Shown here: piece after piece, positions 29,635 to 40,412 of the stretch
How positions within the stretch are numbered: the stretch's first letter is position 1
Layout: each line of letters begins with the position of its first letter
Assembly: GCA_963841915.1 (NCBI GenBank)
Contig: CAWJEN010000005.1
Location: 512,001 to 576,000 of the forward strand
Direction of reading: 5' to 3'
DNA from: an uncultured Planctomycetota bacterium
GTDB lineage: Bacteria; Planctomycetota; Phycisphaerae; Tepidisphaerales; Tepidisphaeraceae
Length of the DNA stretch: 64,000 nucleotides
Program-made: the position numbers and the translations under genes
Notes under the pieces: generated by a model
What the model saw: only the letters and a program-made list of their open reading frames with translations
The model's database searches: none
What the model was told of the DNA's origin: nothing

Positions 29635-30831
29635 GTGCCGAGCCCCGACGACGTCATCGCCAGTCTCCGCCGCCGTTGTGACCGCATCCTGACTGAAGGA
29701 GATCTGCGGAAGAAGCTCGAAAGCGGCAAGCCGCTGCGCATCAAGCTCGGCATGGACCCGACCGCGCCCGACGTGACACTGGGTCACTGCGTGCCGCTCA
29801 AGGTCATCCGCCAGTTCCAGGAGCACGGCCACAAAGCGGTGCTCATCATCGGCGACTACACGGCTCGCGTGGGCGACCCGACGGGTGTCAACGCCACGCG
29901 CCCGATGCTGACGGGCGAGGAAATCGACCGCAACGCCGAGACATACGTCGAGCAGATCGGCCGCGTCCTGATGACGGACGACGAGCACCTCGAGGTCCGC
30001 CGCAACGGCGAGTGGCTTGGAAAGCTCGACCTCGTCGGCCTTATCAAGCTCGCCGCCCGCAAGACGGTTGCGCAGGTCCTGGACCGCGACGACTTCCAGA
30101 AGCGTTACGCCGCCAAGCAGGAGATCGGCTTGCACGAGTTCATGTACCCGCTCTTGCAGGGGTACGACAGCATCGCCGTCGAGGCCGACGTGGAGATGGG
30201 CGGCAGCGACCAGTTGTTCAACAACCTTGTCGGCCGAGAGTTTCAGCAGGCCGAGGGCCAATCGCCGCCGGCGGGGCAGTGTGTGATCGTCACGCCGCTC
30301 TTGGTCGGAACTGACGGCGCGATGAAGATGAGCAAGAGCAAGGGCAACTACGTGGCCGTGACCGACCCGGCGGGCGGCGACGGCGGCATGTTCGGAAAGA
30401 TCATGAGCCTGCCCGACGGCGTGATGGAGCAGTACTACCGGCTACTGACCGACGTGCCGACGGAGGAGTACGAGGCGGCCATCGCAACCAGCCCGCGGGA
30501 CGCGAAGGTGCGGCTGGCCAAGACGATCATCACCGAGTTCCACAACGCCGACGCCGCCGACGACGCCGAGAAGCAGTTCATGACGGCCACGCACGGCGGC
30601 ATTCCTGATGACATTACCGAGCAGCAAGTCGCCGCGGGCCCGCACGGTGTCATCGCGTTGCTCGTCGATGCCGGCTTCGTCGCCAGCAACGGAGAGGCGA
30701 TGCGACTCATCAAGCAGGGCGGCGTGAAGCTTGACGGCGTGAAGGTGACGAACACGAAGGCGGAGCTCACGGTGACGACGCCGACGGTGCTACAGGCGGG
30801 CAAGCGAAAGTTCGTTCGCCTGTTGCCGTAG
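29635..30831 (+). CDS. tyrS: Tyrosine--tRNA ligase
   Basis: KLGMDPTAPDVTLGH, YPLLQGYDS, GGSDQLFN, KMSKS, C-terminal S4 domain. Confidence 0.96.
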   Translation: MPSPDDVIASLRRRCDRILTEGDLRKKLESGKPLRIKLGMDPTAPDVTLGHCVPLKVIRQFQEHGHKAVLIIGDYTARVGDPTGVNATRPMLTGEEIDRNAETYVEQIGRVLMTDDEHLEVRRNGEWLGKLDLVGLIKLAARKTVAQVLDRDDFQKRYAAKQEIGLHEFMYPLLQGYDSIAVEADVEMGGSDQLFNNLVGREFQQAEGQSPPAGQCVIVTPLLVGTDGAMKMSKSKGNYVAVTDPAGGDGGMFGKIMSLPDGVMEQYYRLLTDVPTEEYEAAIATSPRDAKVRLAKTIITEFHNADAADDAEKQFMTATHGGIPDDITEQQVAAGPHGVIALLVDAGFVASNGEAMRLIKQGGVKLDGVKVTNTKAELTVTTPTVLQAGKRKFVRLLP

Positions 30832-30840
30832 TGTGGCGGC

Positions 30841-33489
30841 ATGACTGTGACGGCCGAGCAGAACGATGCAATTAAGAAGTCGAGCACGATGAATCTTCGA
30901 CGCTCCCCGCAGGAGAAGGATCGGCTCACCAGCCTCACCCAGGCCGTTGATGTCCGCCAGGACAAGTCGTACCTCATCGTCGGCGAACGGACCAACACGA
31001 ATGGCTCGCGACAGTTCAAGCGGCTGCTCCAGGAGGAAGACTGGGACGGCCTCGTCTCCATGGCCCGCGACGAAGTACGCGGCGGCAGCCAGGTGCTCGA
31101 TGTCTGCGTCGACTTCGTCGGCCGCGACGGCGTCAGCGACATGCACGAAGTCGTCAAGCGGTACGTCCAGCAGGTCGGCGTGCCACTCATGCTCGACTCG
31201 ACCGACCCGAAGGTGCTCGAAACAGGCCTGAAGCTCGCAGGTGGTCGCTGCGCGCTCAACTCGACCAACCTCGAAGACGGCGAAGAGAAGTTCGGCCAGA
31301 TGTGCGAGCTGGCCCGCCGGTACGGCGCGTTGCTCGTCTGCGGCACGATCGACGAAGATCCGGAAAACGCGATGGGTCGCACGGAGGAGCGCAAAATAGA
31401 GATTGCCAAGCGGATCCGTGACCTGGCCGTCAACAAGTATGGGTTGCGCGACTGCGACCTGATGTTCGACCCGCTCGTGCTGCCGATCTCGACAGGCCTC
31501 GAAGACGATCGCGAGAACGCCGCCGCCACCATTGCCGGCACGCGTCGGATCAGCCAGGAGCTTCCCGGTTGTCACACCGTCGTCGGTCTTTCGAACATCT
31601 CGTTCGGCCTGCGACCTGCCGCGAGGCAGGTGCTCAACAGCGTCTTCCTGCACGAACTTCGCGAGGCGGGACTGACGAGCGCGATCGTTCACGCTTCGAA
31701 GATTCTGCCGAAGAACAAGATTGCCGATGAGCGGTGGCAGGGCGCGCTCGACCTGATCTACAACCGCCGCAGCGAAGACTTCGATCCGCTGACGGCATTC
31801 ATCGGCCTGTTCCCAGAAGGCGAAGAAGTCGCCGGCGACAAGGTCGAGGACGAAAATCTCACACTCGAGGAAAAGCTTGAGAAGCACATCATCGACGGCG
31901 AGAAGCGCAACCTGACCGAACGACTCGATGAAGCGATGAACCAGGGCATCAAGCCGCTGGCGATCATCAATGACATTCTGCTCAAGGGCATGAAGGTCGT
32001 CGGCGACCTGTTCGGCCGCGGCGAGATGCAGCTGCCGTTCGTGCTGCAAAGTGCCGAGACCATGAAGGCGGCCGTCGCTCACCTCGAGCCGCACATGGAC
32101 AAGCTCGACGGCGACAGCTCCAAGGGTCGCTTCGTGTTGGCCACCGTCAAAGGTGACGTCCACGACATCGGCAAGAACCTCGTCGACATCCTGCTGACGA
32201 ACAACGGCTACACCGTGTTCAACATCGGCATCAAGCAACCCATCGGCGAGATCCTCGACAAGTTCGCCGAACACAAGGGTCACGCCATCGGCATGAGTGG
32301 CCTGCTCGTCAAGAGTGTCGCGGTCATGAAGGACAACCTGGCCGAGATGAACGCCCGCGGCATCACGCCGCCAGTACTTCTGGGAGGTGCGGCGCTGACG
32401 CGTGAGTACGTCGAGGAGGATCTGACCACGCTCTACGACGGCGAAGTGTTGTACTGCCGCGACGCCTTCGACGGTCTGCGGATCATGGACAAGATCATGG
32501 CCGGCGAAGTGGCCGACGTGGTCGAAGATCAGCGGAAGTCTGCCGAAAACAGACGCAAGCTCAAGGCCGGTGCCGTCAAGCCCAAGAGCACGACGGCTGC
32601 CGACATTCCGGACATGATCCGCGACAACCCGGTGCCCAAGCCGCCCTTCTGGGGCAGCCGCGTCGCGACCGACATCCCGCTGAAGAACATCTTCGGCTAC
32701 GTCAACGAAATCGCACTCTTCAACGGCCAGTGGGGCTTCAAGAAGAAGGGTCTTTCGGCAGAAGACTTCGAAGCATCACTCGCGGACTCAGCGAGGCCGA
32801 CGTTCGAACGGCTCAAGGCAGCGGCCCTCACAGGCACCATGCTCCAGCCGAAGGTCACGTGGGGCTATTACCCGGTTCAAAGCGACGGCGACGACCTGAT
32901 CGTTTACGAGCCCGAAGCCTTTGCCGAGTACGACGCCGCCCACCGCGACGAAGGGCCGGTCAAGCCCGACGAGCCGCTGCCGGGTGCGGTCGAGCTGACA
33001 CGCTTCACGCTGCCGCGGCAGGAAGGTCGTCGCAACTTGTGCATCGCCGACTTCTTCCGAAATGTTGAGAGTAACGAGTACGACGTGCTGGCCGTCCAGC
33101 TCGTCACGATGGGCCAGAACATCAGCGATGTGGCCGAAGAACAGCGGGCCAAGGACAACTACCAGGAGTATCTCTATCTCCACGGGTTCGGCGTTGAATG
33201 TGCCGAGGCCCTGGCCGAGATGTGGCACAAACGTATTCGTACCGAATTGGGCTTTGCCAACGAAGACGCGACGGAAACACGCAAGCTCTTCCAGCAGCAG
33301 TACCGCGGCAGCCGTTACAGCTTCGGCTACCCGGCATGTCCGAATCTCGAGGACCGCACGAAGCTCCTGAGCCTTCTCAAGCCGGAGGAGCTCGGCGTGG
33401 AACTGACCGAAGAGTTCATGCTCGATCCGGAGCAGTCGACGGACGCGCTCGTCGTTCACCACCCGCAGGCAAAGTACTTCGACGTGTGA
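30841..33489 (+). CDS. metH: Cobalamin-dependent methionine synthase lacking the N-terminal homocysteine-binding domain
   Basis: Begins at the pterin domain (IVGERTNTNGS); cap and B12 domain ATVKGDVHDIGKN; activation domain RYSFGYPACP..HHPQAKYF. Confidence 0.92.
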   Translation: MTVTAEQNDAIKKSSTMNLRRSPQEKDRLTSLTQAVDVRQDKSYLIVGERTNTNGSRQFKRLLQEEDWDGLVSMARDEVRGGSQVLDVCVDFVGRDGVSDMHEVVKRYVQQVGVPLMLDSTDPKVLETGLKLAGGRCALNSTNLEDGEEKFGQMCELARRYGALLVCGTIDEDPENAMGRTEERKIEIAKRIRDLAVNKYGLRDCDLMFDPLVLPISTGLEDDRENAAATIAGTRRISQELPGCHTVVGLSNISFGLRPAARQVLNSVFLHELREAGLTSAIVHASKILPKNKIADERWQGALDLIYNRRSEDFDPLTAFIGLFPEGEEVAGDKVEDENLTLEEKLEKHIIDGEKRNLTERLDEAMNQGIKPLAIINDILLKGMKVVGDLFGRGEMQLPFVLQSAETMKAAVAHLEPHMDKLDGDSSKGRFVLATVKGDVHDIGKNLVDILLTNNGYTVFNIGIKQPIGEILDKFAEHKGHAIGMSGLLVKSVAVMKDNLAEMNARGITPPVLLGGAALTREYVEEDLTTLYDGEVLYCRDAFDGLRIMDKIMAGEVADVVEDQRKSAENRRKLKAGAVKPKSTTAADIPDMIRDNPVPKPPFWGSRVATDIPLKNIFGYVNEIALFNGQWGFKKKGLSAEDFEASLADSARPTFERLKAAALTGTMLQPKVTWGYYPVQSDGDDLIVYEPEAFAEYDAAHRDEGPVKPDEPLPGAVELTRFTLPRQEGRRNLCIADFFRNVESNEYDVLAVQLVTMGQNISDVAEEQRAKDNYQEYLYLHGFGVECAEALAEMWHKRIRTELGFANEDATETRKLFQQQYRGSRYSFGYPACPNLEDRTKLLSLLKPEELGVELTEEFMLDPEQSTDALVVHHPQAKYFDV

Positions 33490-33509
33490 TGGGCTTCGTA
33501 GGCTGACCC

Positions 33510-34901
33510 ATGATCAGCATGCGTTCGCTGCAGAAGGACATGCGTGGCCGCCGCGTCACGGTGATGGGTCTTGGCCACTTCGGCGGTGGGACGGCCGTCG
33601 CTAGATGGCTCGCAGAGCAAGGCGCTCGCGTCACGGCAACGGATGCAAAGGCGGCCGATGACTTACCGCAGGAGGCGCGGGATCTGGCCGACCGTGGCGT
33701 TACGCTCAAGCTCGGCGGGCACGAGGCAAGCGATTTCGAGAAGGCGGATCTGGTCGTCGCCTCGCCGGCGGTGCCGCCTGGCAACACGTTTTTGCAGGCG
33801 GCGTTGAAGGCGAACAAACCTGTCACGACCGAGATCTGCCTCGTCGCCGCTCGCCTGCCGACGAAGCTCGTCTTTGGCGTCACCGGTACCAAGGGCAAGA
33901 GCACCACAGCTACGCTACTGGCCAAAATGCTCGGTGCGTGGGAGCCGCTGCCGGGTGACAAGGCCGAGAAGGTGCGGGCAACCCGTAGCCGCTATGTCGA
34001 CATCACCGACACCGCGCCACGCCGCGTCTGGCTCGGTGGCAACCTCGGCGGTTCACTGCTCCCGGACCTCGACCAGATTGGAGAGAAGGACCTTGTCGTC
34101 CTCGAGCTGTCGAGCTTCATGCTCCATTATCTCGGCCAGCTCCAGTGGTCTCCGCACGTAGCGGTCGTCACCATGGTCGGCCGCGACCACCTTGCCTGGC
34201 ACGGCGACGAAGCCGCGTACCACGAGGCCAAGCAGCACATCGTGCGGCATCAGGCAGAGCATGATTTCGCGGTGCTGCCGACGAACTCTGCGACGGCCCG
34301 AGCATTCCGCGATCACACGCCGGCGAAGATTGTCGAGTACGGCAAGCGGGCCCACCTTCCGGCGGCGTTCGCGCCGGACCTGCCGGGCAAGCACAACCGC
34401 ATCAACGAACGCGGCGCTTACGCCGCGGCGGCAGTGGTGGGCGTCTATCCGGATCAGGCCGCCCAGGCGTGCCGCGACTTCACCGGGCTGCCGCATCGCC
34501 TGCAACTGGTGCACACCGACCAGCAAGGCGTGAAATGGGTCGACGACTCCATTGCCACGATTCCCGAGGCCGCCGCCGCTGCGTGTGAGGCGTTTGCCGC
34601 CGGAACGGTCGTGCAGATCATCGGTGGCAGCGACAAACGCCTCGACCCGGCCGCGATGGTCGAGACGCTCAAGAAGCGCTGCCGGGCCGTCCTGCTCGTC
34701 GGCGACACCGGTCCCGCCTTGGCCGACGCACTCGGAGATGTTGCGACCGTCTGCCAGACTCTCGACGCCGCCGTCGCCAAGGCTCGCACGGTGGCACAGC
34801 CGGGCGACGTCGTGCTGCTCTCGCCCGGCTACGCCAGCTACGACCAGTTTCCGAACTTCGACGCTCGCGGAGAGGCCTTTGCAAAACTTGCACAAGCTTG
34901 A
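33510..34901 (+). CDS. murD: UDP-N-acetylmuramoyl-L-alanine--D-glutamate ligase
   Basis: GLGHFGGG, VTGTKGKSTT, GGNLG, LELSSF, GLPHRLQ, DDSIAT, VLLSPGYASYDQF. Confidence 0.93.
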   Translation: MISMRSLQKDMRGRRVTVMGLGHFGGGTAVARWLAEQGARVTATDAKAADDLPQEARDLADRGVTLKLGGHEASDFEKADLVVASPAVPPGNTFLQAALKANKPVTTEICLVAARLPTKLVFGVTGTKGKSTTATLLAKMLGAWEPLPGDKAEKVRATRSRYVDITDTAPRRVWLGGNLGGSLLPDLDQIGEKDLVVLELSSFMLHYLGQLQWSPHVAVVTMVGRDHLAWHGDEAAYHEAKQHIVRHQAEHDFAVLPTNSATARAFRDHTPAKIVEYGKRAHLPAAFAPDLPGKHNRINERGAYAAAAVVGVYPDQAAQACRDFTGLPHRLQLVHTDQQGVKWVDDSIATIPEAAAAACEAFAAGTVVQIIGGSDKRLDPAAMVETLKKRCRAVLLVGDTGPALADALGDVATVCQTLDAAVAKARTVAQPGDVVLLSPGYASYDQFPNFDARGEAFAKLAQA

Positions 34902-34953
34902 GTAGTTCACCCGCTACGCCTGCGCCTGCTGCGTTGTATGTTCGGACAGCACC

Positions 34954-37149
34954 GTGCCAGACGACGACGACGAACAACTCGATGTAGCCGCCGAAGGCGC
35001 CGGCACAGGTGCCCCGGCGGCCGATCCTTCGGGAACGCGACGCCACTGGGTGCTGACGCTGCTGGGCGTGGTGCTGGTCGGCTTCATCCTGTACGTCGGT
35101 CAACCGGTGCTGATGCCGCTGACGCTGGCGTGCCTGCTGGCGTTTCTGGTCACGCCGTTGTGCGAGTGGCTCGAGCACCGACGCGTCCCGCGGGTGGTGT
35201 CAGTCGTCTCCGTCGTCATCCTTCTCGCTGTCGTCATCACCGGCATCGGGTGGACGCTTTACAGCGGCGTCGAGCGGATCGGTGAGAACTGGCCGGCGTA
35301 CTCGACGCGCTTTGTCGAGAAGGCCAAAGTCCTGGGCGGTTCCGGTCGCAAGAAAGATGAAGACAAAACCGGAGTCGAGAAGCTTCTCGAGGGCGCAGCC
35401 GACACGGGGGCCAAGGTTGCACAAGCCGTCGCCGACGGGGCAGACGAAACCGAGACGCCTGACGACGCTGCCGCTGAGGAGCAACCACCTGCCACACAGC
35501 CGGCCGTTACCGACACGCCGGCACCAGCAGGTACAACAGAGGACTTCCTCCAACGGCTCGACAGTGGCTTCGAATCTCTCGCCGCCAGGACGCAGGGCGT
35601 TGACACCGTCGCGACACAGCTTGTCGAGCGGCTTCAGCTCATCATGTCGGAATTTCGTGACGAACTGCGGACGCAGCCGCTACGCGTCATCGAACTCCAA
35701 CCAGAGCCGACATCCGTCGAACGCGCCCGCATGGTGCTCGGTCAGGTCGCAAGCTACGCAGGAACGGCCGGCCTCATCGCCGTCTTCCTGCTGTTCATCC
35801 TGCTGCAACGCGACGACCTCCGCGACCGCGTCATCAAGCTGGCCGCCGGTCGGCGAATCAACCTCGCGACGCAAGCACTCGACGACGCCAGCCGCCGGAT
35901 CAGCCGCTATCTGCGGGCACAAGCCATCGTCAATGGCACCTACGGGGTGGCCATCGGACTGGGCCTGCTGGGTATTAGCTACGGCGTCGCCGGTGAGTGG
36001 TTTCCGGGTGTGATGCTCTGGGCGACGCTCTGCGCGATCCTGCGTTTCATCCCGTATCTCGGACCTTGGCTCGCGGCAGCTTTTCCGCTGTTCGTCAGCC
36101 TCGGTCACTTCGAGGGCAACGGCGTGGCGCTCGGCGTCATCGGCATGTTCCTCGTCGTCGAACTCATCAGCAACAACGTCATGGAGCCGATGCTCTACGG
36201 CAGCGCGGTCGGCATGAGCGACTTTGCTGTCATCGTCGCGGCGACCGTGTGGACCTTCCTCTGGGGGCCAGTCGGCCTGCTCGTCGCCACGCCGCTGACA
36301 ACGTGCCTCGTCGTGCTCGGCAAACACGTGCCGGCGCTGAGACCCATCGACACATTGCTCGGTAGCGAGCCTGTGCTCTCGCCGCATTCTCGGCTGTATC
36401 AGCGGTTGCTGTCGATGGACAGCGACGACGCCGACGACGAGGTCGAAAAGTACCGCAAGGAGCACACGCTCACCGAGACGTTCGACGATCTCATTCTGCC
36501 GGCACTGGCACTGAGCGAGCGGGACCGCGAGGCGGGCAACTTGACGGCAGACCGTGTGACGTACATCCGCGACTGGATGAGCGACATCGTCGAAGAGCTC
36601 GGCGAACAGGACGATCCGCTGCCGAGTGACAGCGTTGACATCAGCGACCCGACCATTCCTGCGGCCGACGAGAAGCCGGTTAGCGAGCGGTTGGCCAAAG
36701 CCGGCGTCGTGATCCTGCCGGCCAGCGACGAGGCCGACCACACGGCGGCGAAGATGCTCAAGGTGCTCCTCGACCGTCGCGGCTACCAGACCACAACCAT
36801 TGACGAAGACGCCCTGGCGAGTGAGAAACTCGCCGCCGTCACCGGTAACGGAGCAGCCGTCGTTGTCATTAGTGCCGTCCCGCCCAAGGCCGCAGTACGG
36901 GCCCGGTATCTCGTCAAGAAGCTCGCCACCTTGGTAGCGGACGACGGCGGTGCCGTCGCACAGACGCTTGTCGGCGTCTGGGATCGTCGCAGCGATGTCC
37001 AGAAACTCCGCCGCCGCGTCAGCGGCAAGGCCGAGGGCGAGCTTGGCCGCGTGAAAGTCATCACAACGATGGCTGACGCCGTCGACGCCGTCCGCCAGAG
37101 TGCCGAAATCGCCGTCGCCAAGCAGGAGCCGATCAACGGTGAAAGCTGA
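34954..37149 (+). CDS. AI-2E family transporter with extended C-terminal cytoplasmic domain
   Basis: PLTLACLLAFLVTP, DLRDRVIKL, ISRYL, LRFIPYLG, EPMLYG, LWGPVGLLVATPLT. Confidence 0.88.
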   Translation: MPDDDDEQLDVAAEGAGTGAPAADPSGTRRHWVLTLLGVVLVGFILYVGQPVLMPLTLACLLAFLVTPLCEWLEHRRVPRVVSVVSVVILLAVVITGIGWTLYSGVERIGENWPAYSTRFVEKAKVLGGSGRKKDEDKTGVEKLLEGAADTGAKVAQAVADGADETETPDDAAAEEQPPATQPAVTDTPAPAGTTEDFLQRLDSGFESLAARTQGVDTVATQLVERLQLIMSEFRDELRTQPLRVIELQPEPTSVERARMVLGQVASYAGTAGLIAVFLLFILLQRDDLRDRVIKLAAGRRINLATQALDDASRRISRYLRAQAIVNGTYGVAIGLGLLGISYGVAGEWFPGVMLWATLCAILRFIPYLGPWLAAAFPLFVSLGHFEGNGVALGVIGMFLVVELISNNVMEPMLYGSAVGMSDFAVIVAATVWTFLWGPVGLLVATPLTTCLVVLGKHVPALRPIDTLLGSEPVLSPHSRLYQRLLSMDSDDADDEVEKYRKEHTLTETFDDLILPALALSERDREAGNLTADRVTYIRDWMSDIVEELGEQDDPLPSDSVDISDPTIPAADEKPVSERLAKAGVVILPASDEADHTAAKMLKVLLDRRGYQTTTIDEDALASEKLAAVTGNGAAVVVISAVPPKAAVRARYLVKKLATLVADDGGAVAQTLVGVWDRRSDVQKLRRRVSGKAEGELGRVKVITTMADAVDAVRQSAEIAVAKQEPINGES

Positions 37150-37203
37150 CCCTGGCAGAGCAGCGTTCGCCAGGTGTGCCGTGAGGAGGTTGCGAGGGCG
37201 CAC

Positions 37204-37231
37204 AAAAGCCGCGGCCCATTGGGCCGCGGCT
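37204..37231 (-). terminator. Intrinsic terminator downstream of nusA
   Basis: AAAAGCCGCGGCCCATTGGGCCGCGGCT: GC stem with a U tract on the minus strand. Confidence 0.7.
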
Positions 37232-37269
37232 GATACGTCTCCGCTTGGACTTGAACTGGCAAATCCTAC

Positions 37270-38949
37270 TCAACCAGCCGGTGGCGGAACGCGGCCCTCA
37301 GCCAACGCGGCTTCTTCGCCGTCTTCGTCGCTGATTGCCTTGGCGGCCGGGTCGACGTCGTCGCTGACGAGCGGCTCGCCATTGGGCTTGTGCACGGCTC
37401 GCAGTTCCGGCTCGACGTCTTCATCGATGCCGGCCGCCGCGTTCTCGTCGTGCGTGACGACTTCGGAGGCAAAGCCCTCGGTGTGCTCCGTCGGGCCGTT
37501 CATCGTGGCGGCGTCATCGTCGTCCTCGATCGTGTCGGCGGGCGACTCGTCTTCGGTCGGCTCGGCGTTGAGCAACGCGTCGGCTGCGGCGTCTGCGCTG
37601 CGCGGGCCGGCGTCGAGGCTGGCAGTGCTCGCACCACGCTCGCCCACGCCCGGCTCGCCGCTGCCTTGCTCGCGCCCGCCCAATCCCATGCCGGACGGCA
37701 GGTTGCCGAGCAACGCGTTGCGGGCAAGGCTCGCACCCTGCATGCCTGCCGCCTTGAGCTCGGCCTCGCGCTTCTTCTTTTCTTCCTGTTCCTTGACCAC
37801 GATCTTCGCCTCCTCGGTGCAGACGTCGACCATCTTCTCGGCCAGGTCGTACTCAAGATCGAGCTCGTCCATGAGCGGCTGCTCGCCGACCTCCTCGATG
37901 TCGCGGACGTCGATAAGGCCCAACGCGATGATCTTGTCGAGCATGTCCTGATCGCCGGCGACTTCTTCGACCTGACGCAGCACACTCTCGAGGCGGTCGA
38001 TGTTCCCCTGGAACTCCTGGGGCGTGAGGATGTCGACGTCCCAACCCGTCAGGCGTGCGGCGAGTCGCACGTTCTGACCGCGCTTGCCGATGGCCAGCGA
38101 CAGCTGATCTTCGTTGACCACGACCGTCGCCCGCCCGAGTTCGAAGCACAGCGACACCTCGGCCACTTCAGCCGGCTTGAGCGCGTTGGCGATGAGGATC
38201 TGCGACGACTCGTTCCAGCGGACGATGTCGATCTTCTCACCGCCGAGCTCGTCGACGATGTTTCGGATACGGCTGCCACGCACGCCGACGCAGGCACCGA
38301 CGGCATCGACCTTGGCATCAATGCTTGCCACCGCCAGCTTCGTCCGCGCACCGGCCTCGCGGGCCAGCGCCCGAATCTCGATCGTCCGCTCACCGACCTC
38401 CGGCACCTCGCGCTCGAACAGGCGACGGATCAGCTCCGGGTGGCTGCGACTCAGGATAATCTTGACGCTGCTGGGCGTGTCGCGCACCTCGACGATCAGC
38501 GCCTGCACCGCGTCGTTCTCGTTGTGGTACTCACCGGGAATCTGCTCGGAGCGAGGCATGATGCCCTCGACGCGGCCGAGGTTGACGATCATGGTCGGCC
38601 CCTCGAATCGCACGACGCTGCCGTTGACGATTGTGCCGACCTTGTCCTTGTACTCCTCGTAGATGCTGCCGCGTTCGTCCTGGCGGAGCAGTTGGATCAT
38701 GACCTGCTTGACGGTCTGGGCACCGATGCGGCCCATCTTCTCCTGCGTGAGGTGCTCACCGTTCCGCCACATGTCGATCTGACCGCTTTCGCGGTCGACG
38801 GCCACCTGGAACTCGGCCACGTCTTCGACCTGGTACTGGCGGCGGAGGCCACTTGCGATGGCTTGCTCGATGTCGAGGAAGACGGCTTCCTTCGAGATGT
38901 CGCGGTCCGTGGCAATGCCTTCAACGATGCGGACGAGTTCGGCGTTCAT
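37270..38949 (-). CDS. nusA: Transcription termination factor NusA with long acidic tail
   Basis: GRIGAQTVKQ, S1 domain, LFEREVPE, GACVGVRGSRI, LSLAIGKRGQNVRLAARLTGW. Confidence 0.96.
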   Translation of the reverse strand: MNAELVRIVEGIATDRDISKEAVFLDIEQAIASGLRRQYQVEDVAEFQVAVDRESGQIDMWRNGEHLTQEKMGRIGAQTVKQVMIQLLRQDERGSIYEEYKDKVGTIVNGSVVRFEGPTMIVNLGRVEGIMPRSEQIPGEYHNENDAVQALIVEVRDTPSSVKIILSRSHPELIRRLFEREVPEVGERTIEIRALAREAGARTKLAVASIDAKVDAVGACVGVRGSRIRNIVDELGGEKIDIVRWNESSQILIANALKPAEVAEVSLCFELGRATVVVNEDQLSLAIGKRGQNVRLAARLTGWDVDILTPQEFQGNIDRLESVLRQVEEVAGDQDMLDKIIALGLIDVRDIEEVGEQPLMDELDLEYDLAEKMVDVCTEEAKIVVKEQEEKKKREAELKAAGMQGASLARNALLGNLPSGMGLGGREQGSGEPGVGERGASTASLDAGPRSADAAADALLNAEPTEDESPADTIEDDDDAATMNGPTEHTEGFASEVVTHDENAAAGIDEDVEPELRAVHKPNGEPLVSDDVDPAAKAISDEDGEEAALAEGRVPPPAG

Positions 38950-39060
38950 GATGTCTGGTCGGTCTATGTGGTTGTGCGAGTTGTCAAAGCGGCCGCCCAA
39001 ATGGGCGGCCGCGTCGGTTCACTATAGGCGTTGCCGTGACGGCACGCCGCTCACGTCGTG

Positions 39061-40412
39061 CTATCGACGGCGACGCAGCAGCGTCAGGCCGCCCATGCCG
39101 ACGAGCGCCAGGCTCGTCGGCTCGGGGATGACGACGCTCAGGCGGAAAGCCGACTCGACATCGTCCTGCGTCGTGCCCGTGTTGAACGCGTCGATGTCTG
39201 CTGTGAAGTAGACATCGAGGACGCCGCCGACGCGTTCGCCAATCGCGACGTTGCGCAGGCCGGTGAAGTTCTGCAGGAAACCGGCGTCGGAACCGTCGAT
39301 GACGCCGTCGCCGTTGGTGTCGACCATGTCGCCTTCGGACAACACGACTTCGCCGTTGACGATAAGCACCTCGACGCTGCCCTGGCCGAAGTCTGCATCC
39401 CAGACAGCCGCCCAATCGCCCGACTCGTTGAGGTCGGCCCACTCGACGCTGCCGGTGACGACGCCACCGCCGATGGCGTCGCCTTCGCGGAGCACGATCT
39501 CGTCGCCGAGGAACAGGAACTCGTCGGTCGCAAAGGAACCGGCGGTGTCACCCGACACAAGAAGGGTTCCGGCTTCGTTGATCTTGACGACGTCGAAGTT
39601 GTCCCACGCCTCACCGGCGAGACCGCCGACCGCCGGGTCGATGGCGTCACCCTCGCGGAGGATGCCACTGCCTGCGACGGCTGCGTTGTCGTTGACGACG
39701 ACGACATTGTCTGCCAGCGAGCTGGCGGTGGTGTCGACGTCGTAGGCGTAGAAGGTGCCGTCACGGCTGAGTCCGCCGCCGAAGCCGGGGTTGGCGTTGT
39801 CGACGACAAGGCCACCGGTGCCACCGACGACGTCGCCCGTGACGATGAGCGGCGTTGGCTTACCAGCGGCATCGACGAAGAACGCGCCGCGGCCGATGGT
39901 CGAGCCGTCCGGTGTGTCGCTGTAGGAGCCGACGAAGGTTCCGACGCCGCTGGCGGTCATGTCAGGGCGCTGCCGAAGACCCAGAACGAGTTACCGACGG
40001 GCGAGGCTTCGGGCTCGAGCATCGACTTGACGTCGTTGCGGTAGATCGCCTCGTCGCCGTCGATCTGCACGCCGTGGAGCACGTCCAGGTTGTCGCTGAT
40101 GCCGAAGAACGACTCGACGCTGGTCACCAGGCCGTCGGGCAGGGTGTCACCCTCGACGCGCAGCAACGAGAGGTCGGCGGCGCTGCCGTTGGTGGCGTAG
40201 ATGCGGGTGAGACTGTTGGTGTCGGTGAGCGAGACGCCCCAACCACCGACGCCGTTGGTGGCGACGTTGCCGACGGAGTCGACGATGACGCTGGCGTCAC
40301 CGGGCAACGGCTGACCCTCGGTCACAAGTGCGGTGGCGGTGAGCTGCGCAGCCGCCGGGGCAGCGGCGAGCGGAAGCGCGATCAGCGCGAAACGGGTCGT
40401 GAACGTCTGCAT
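39061..40412 (-). pseudogene. PEP-CTERM surface protein with one frameshift near 39960
   Basis: The signal-peptide ORF (MQTFTTRFALIALPLAAAPAAA, 40412) ends at 39957. The next frame continues to IPEPTSLALVGMGGLTLLRRRR. Adding one C in GCCCTG would fuse them. Confidence 0.72.

Noticed and set aside
29635..30831. TyrS HIGH motif reads TLGH
   Set aside because: The rest of the enzyme, including KMSKS, is intact; likely a lineage variant rather than a new function.
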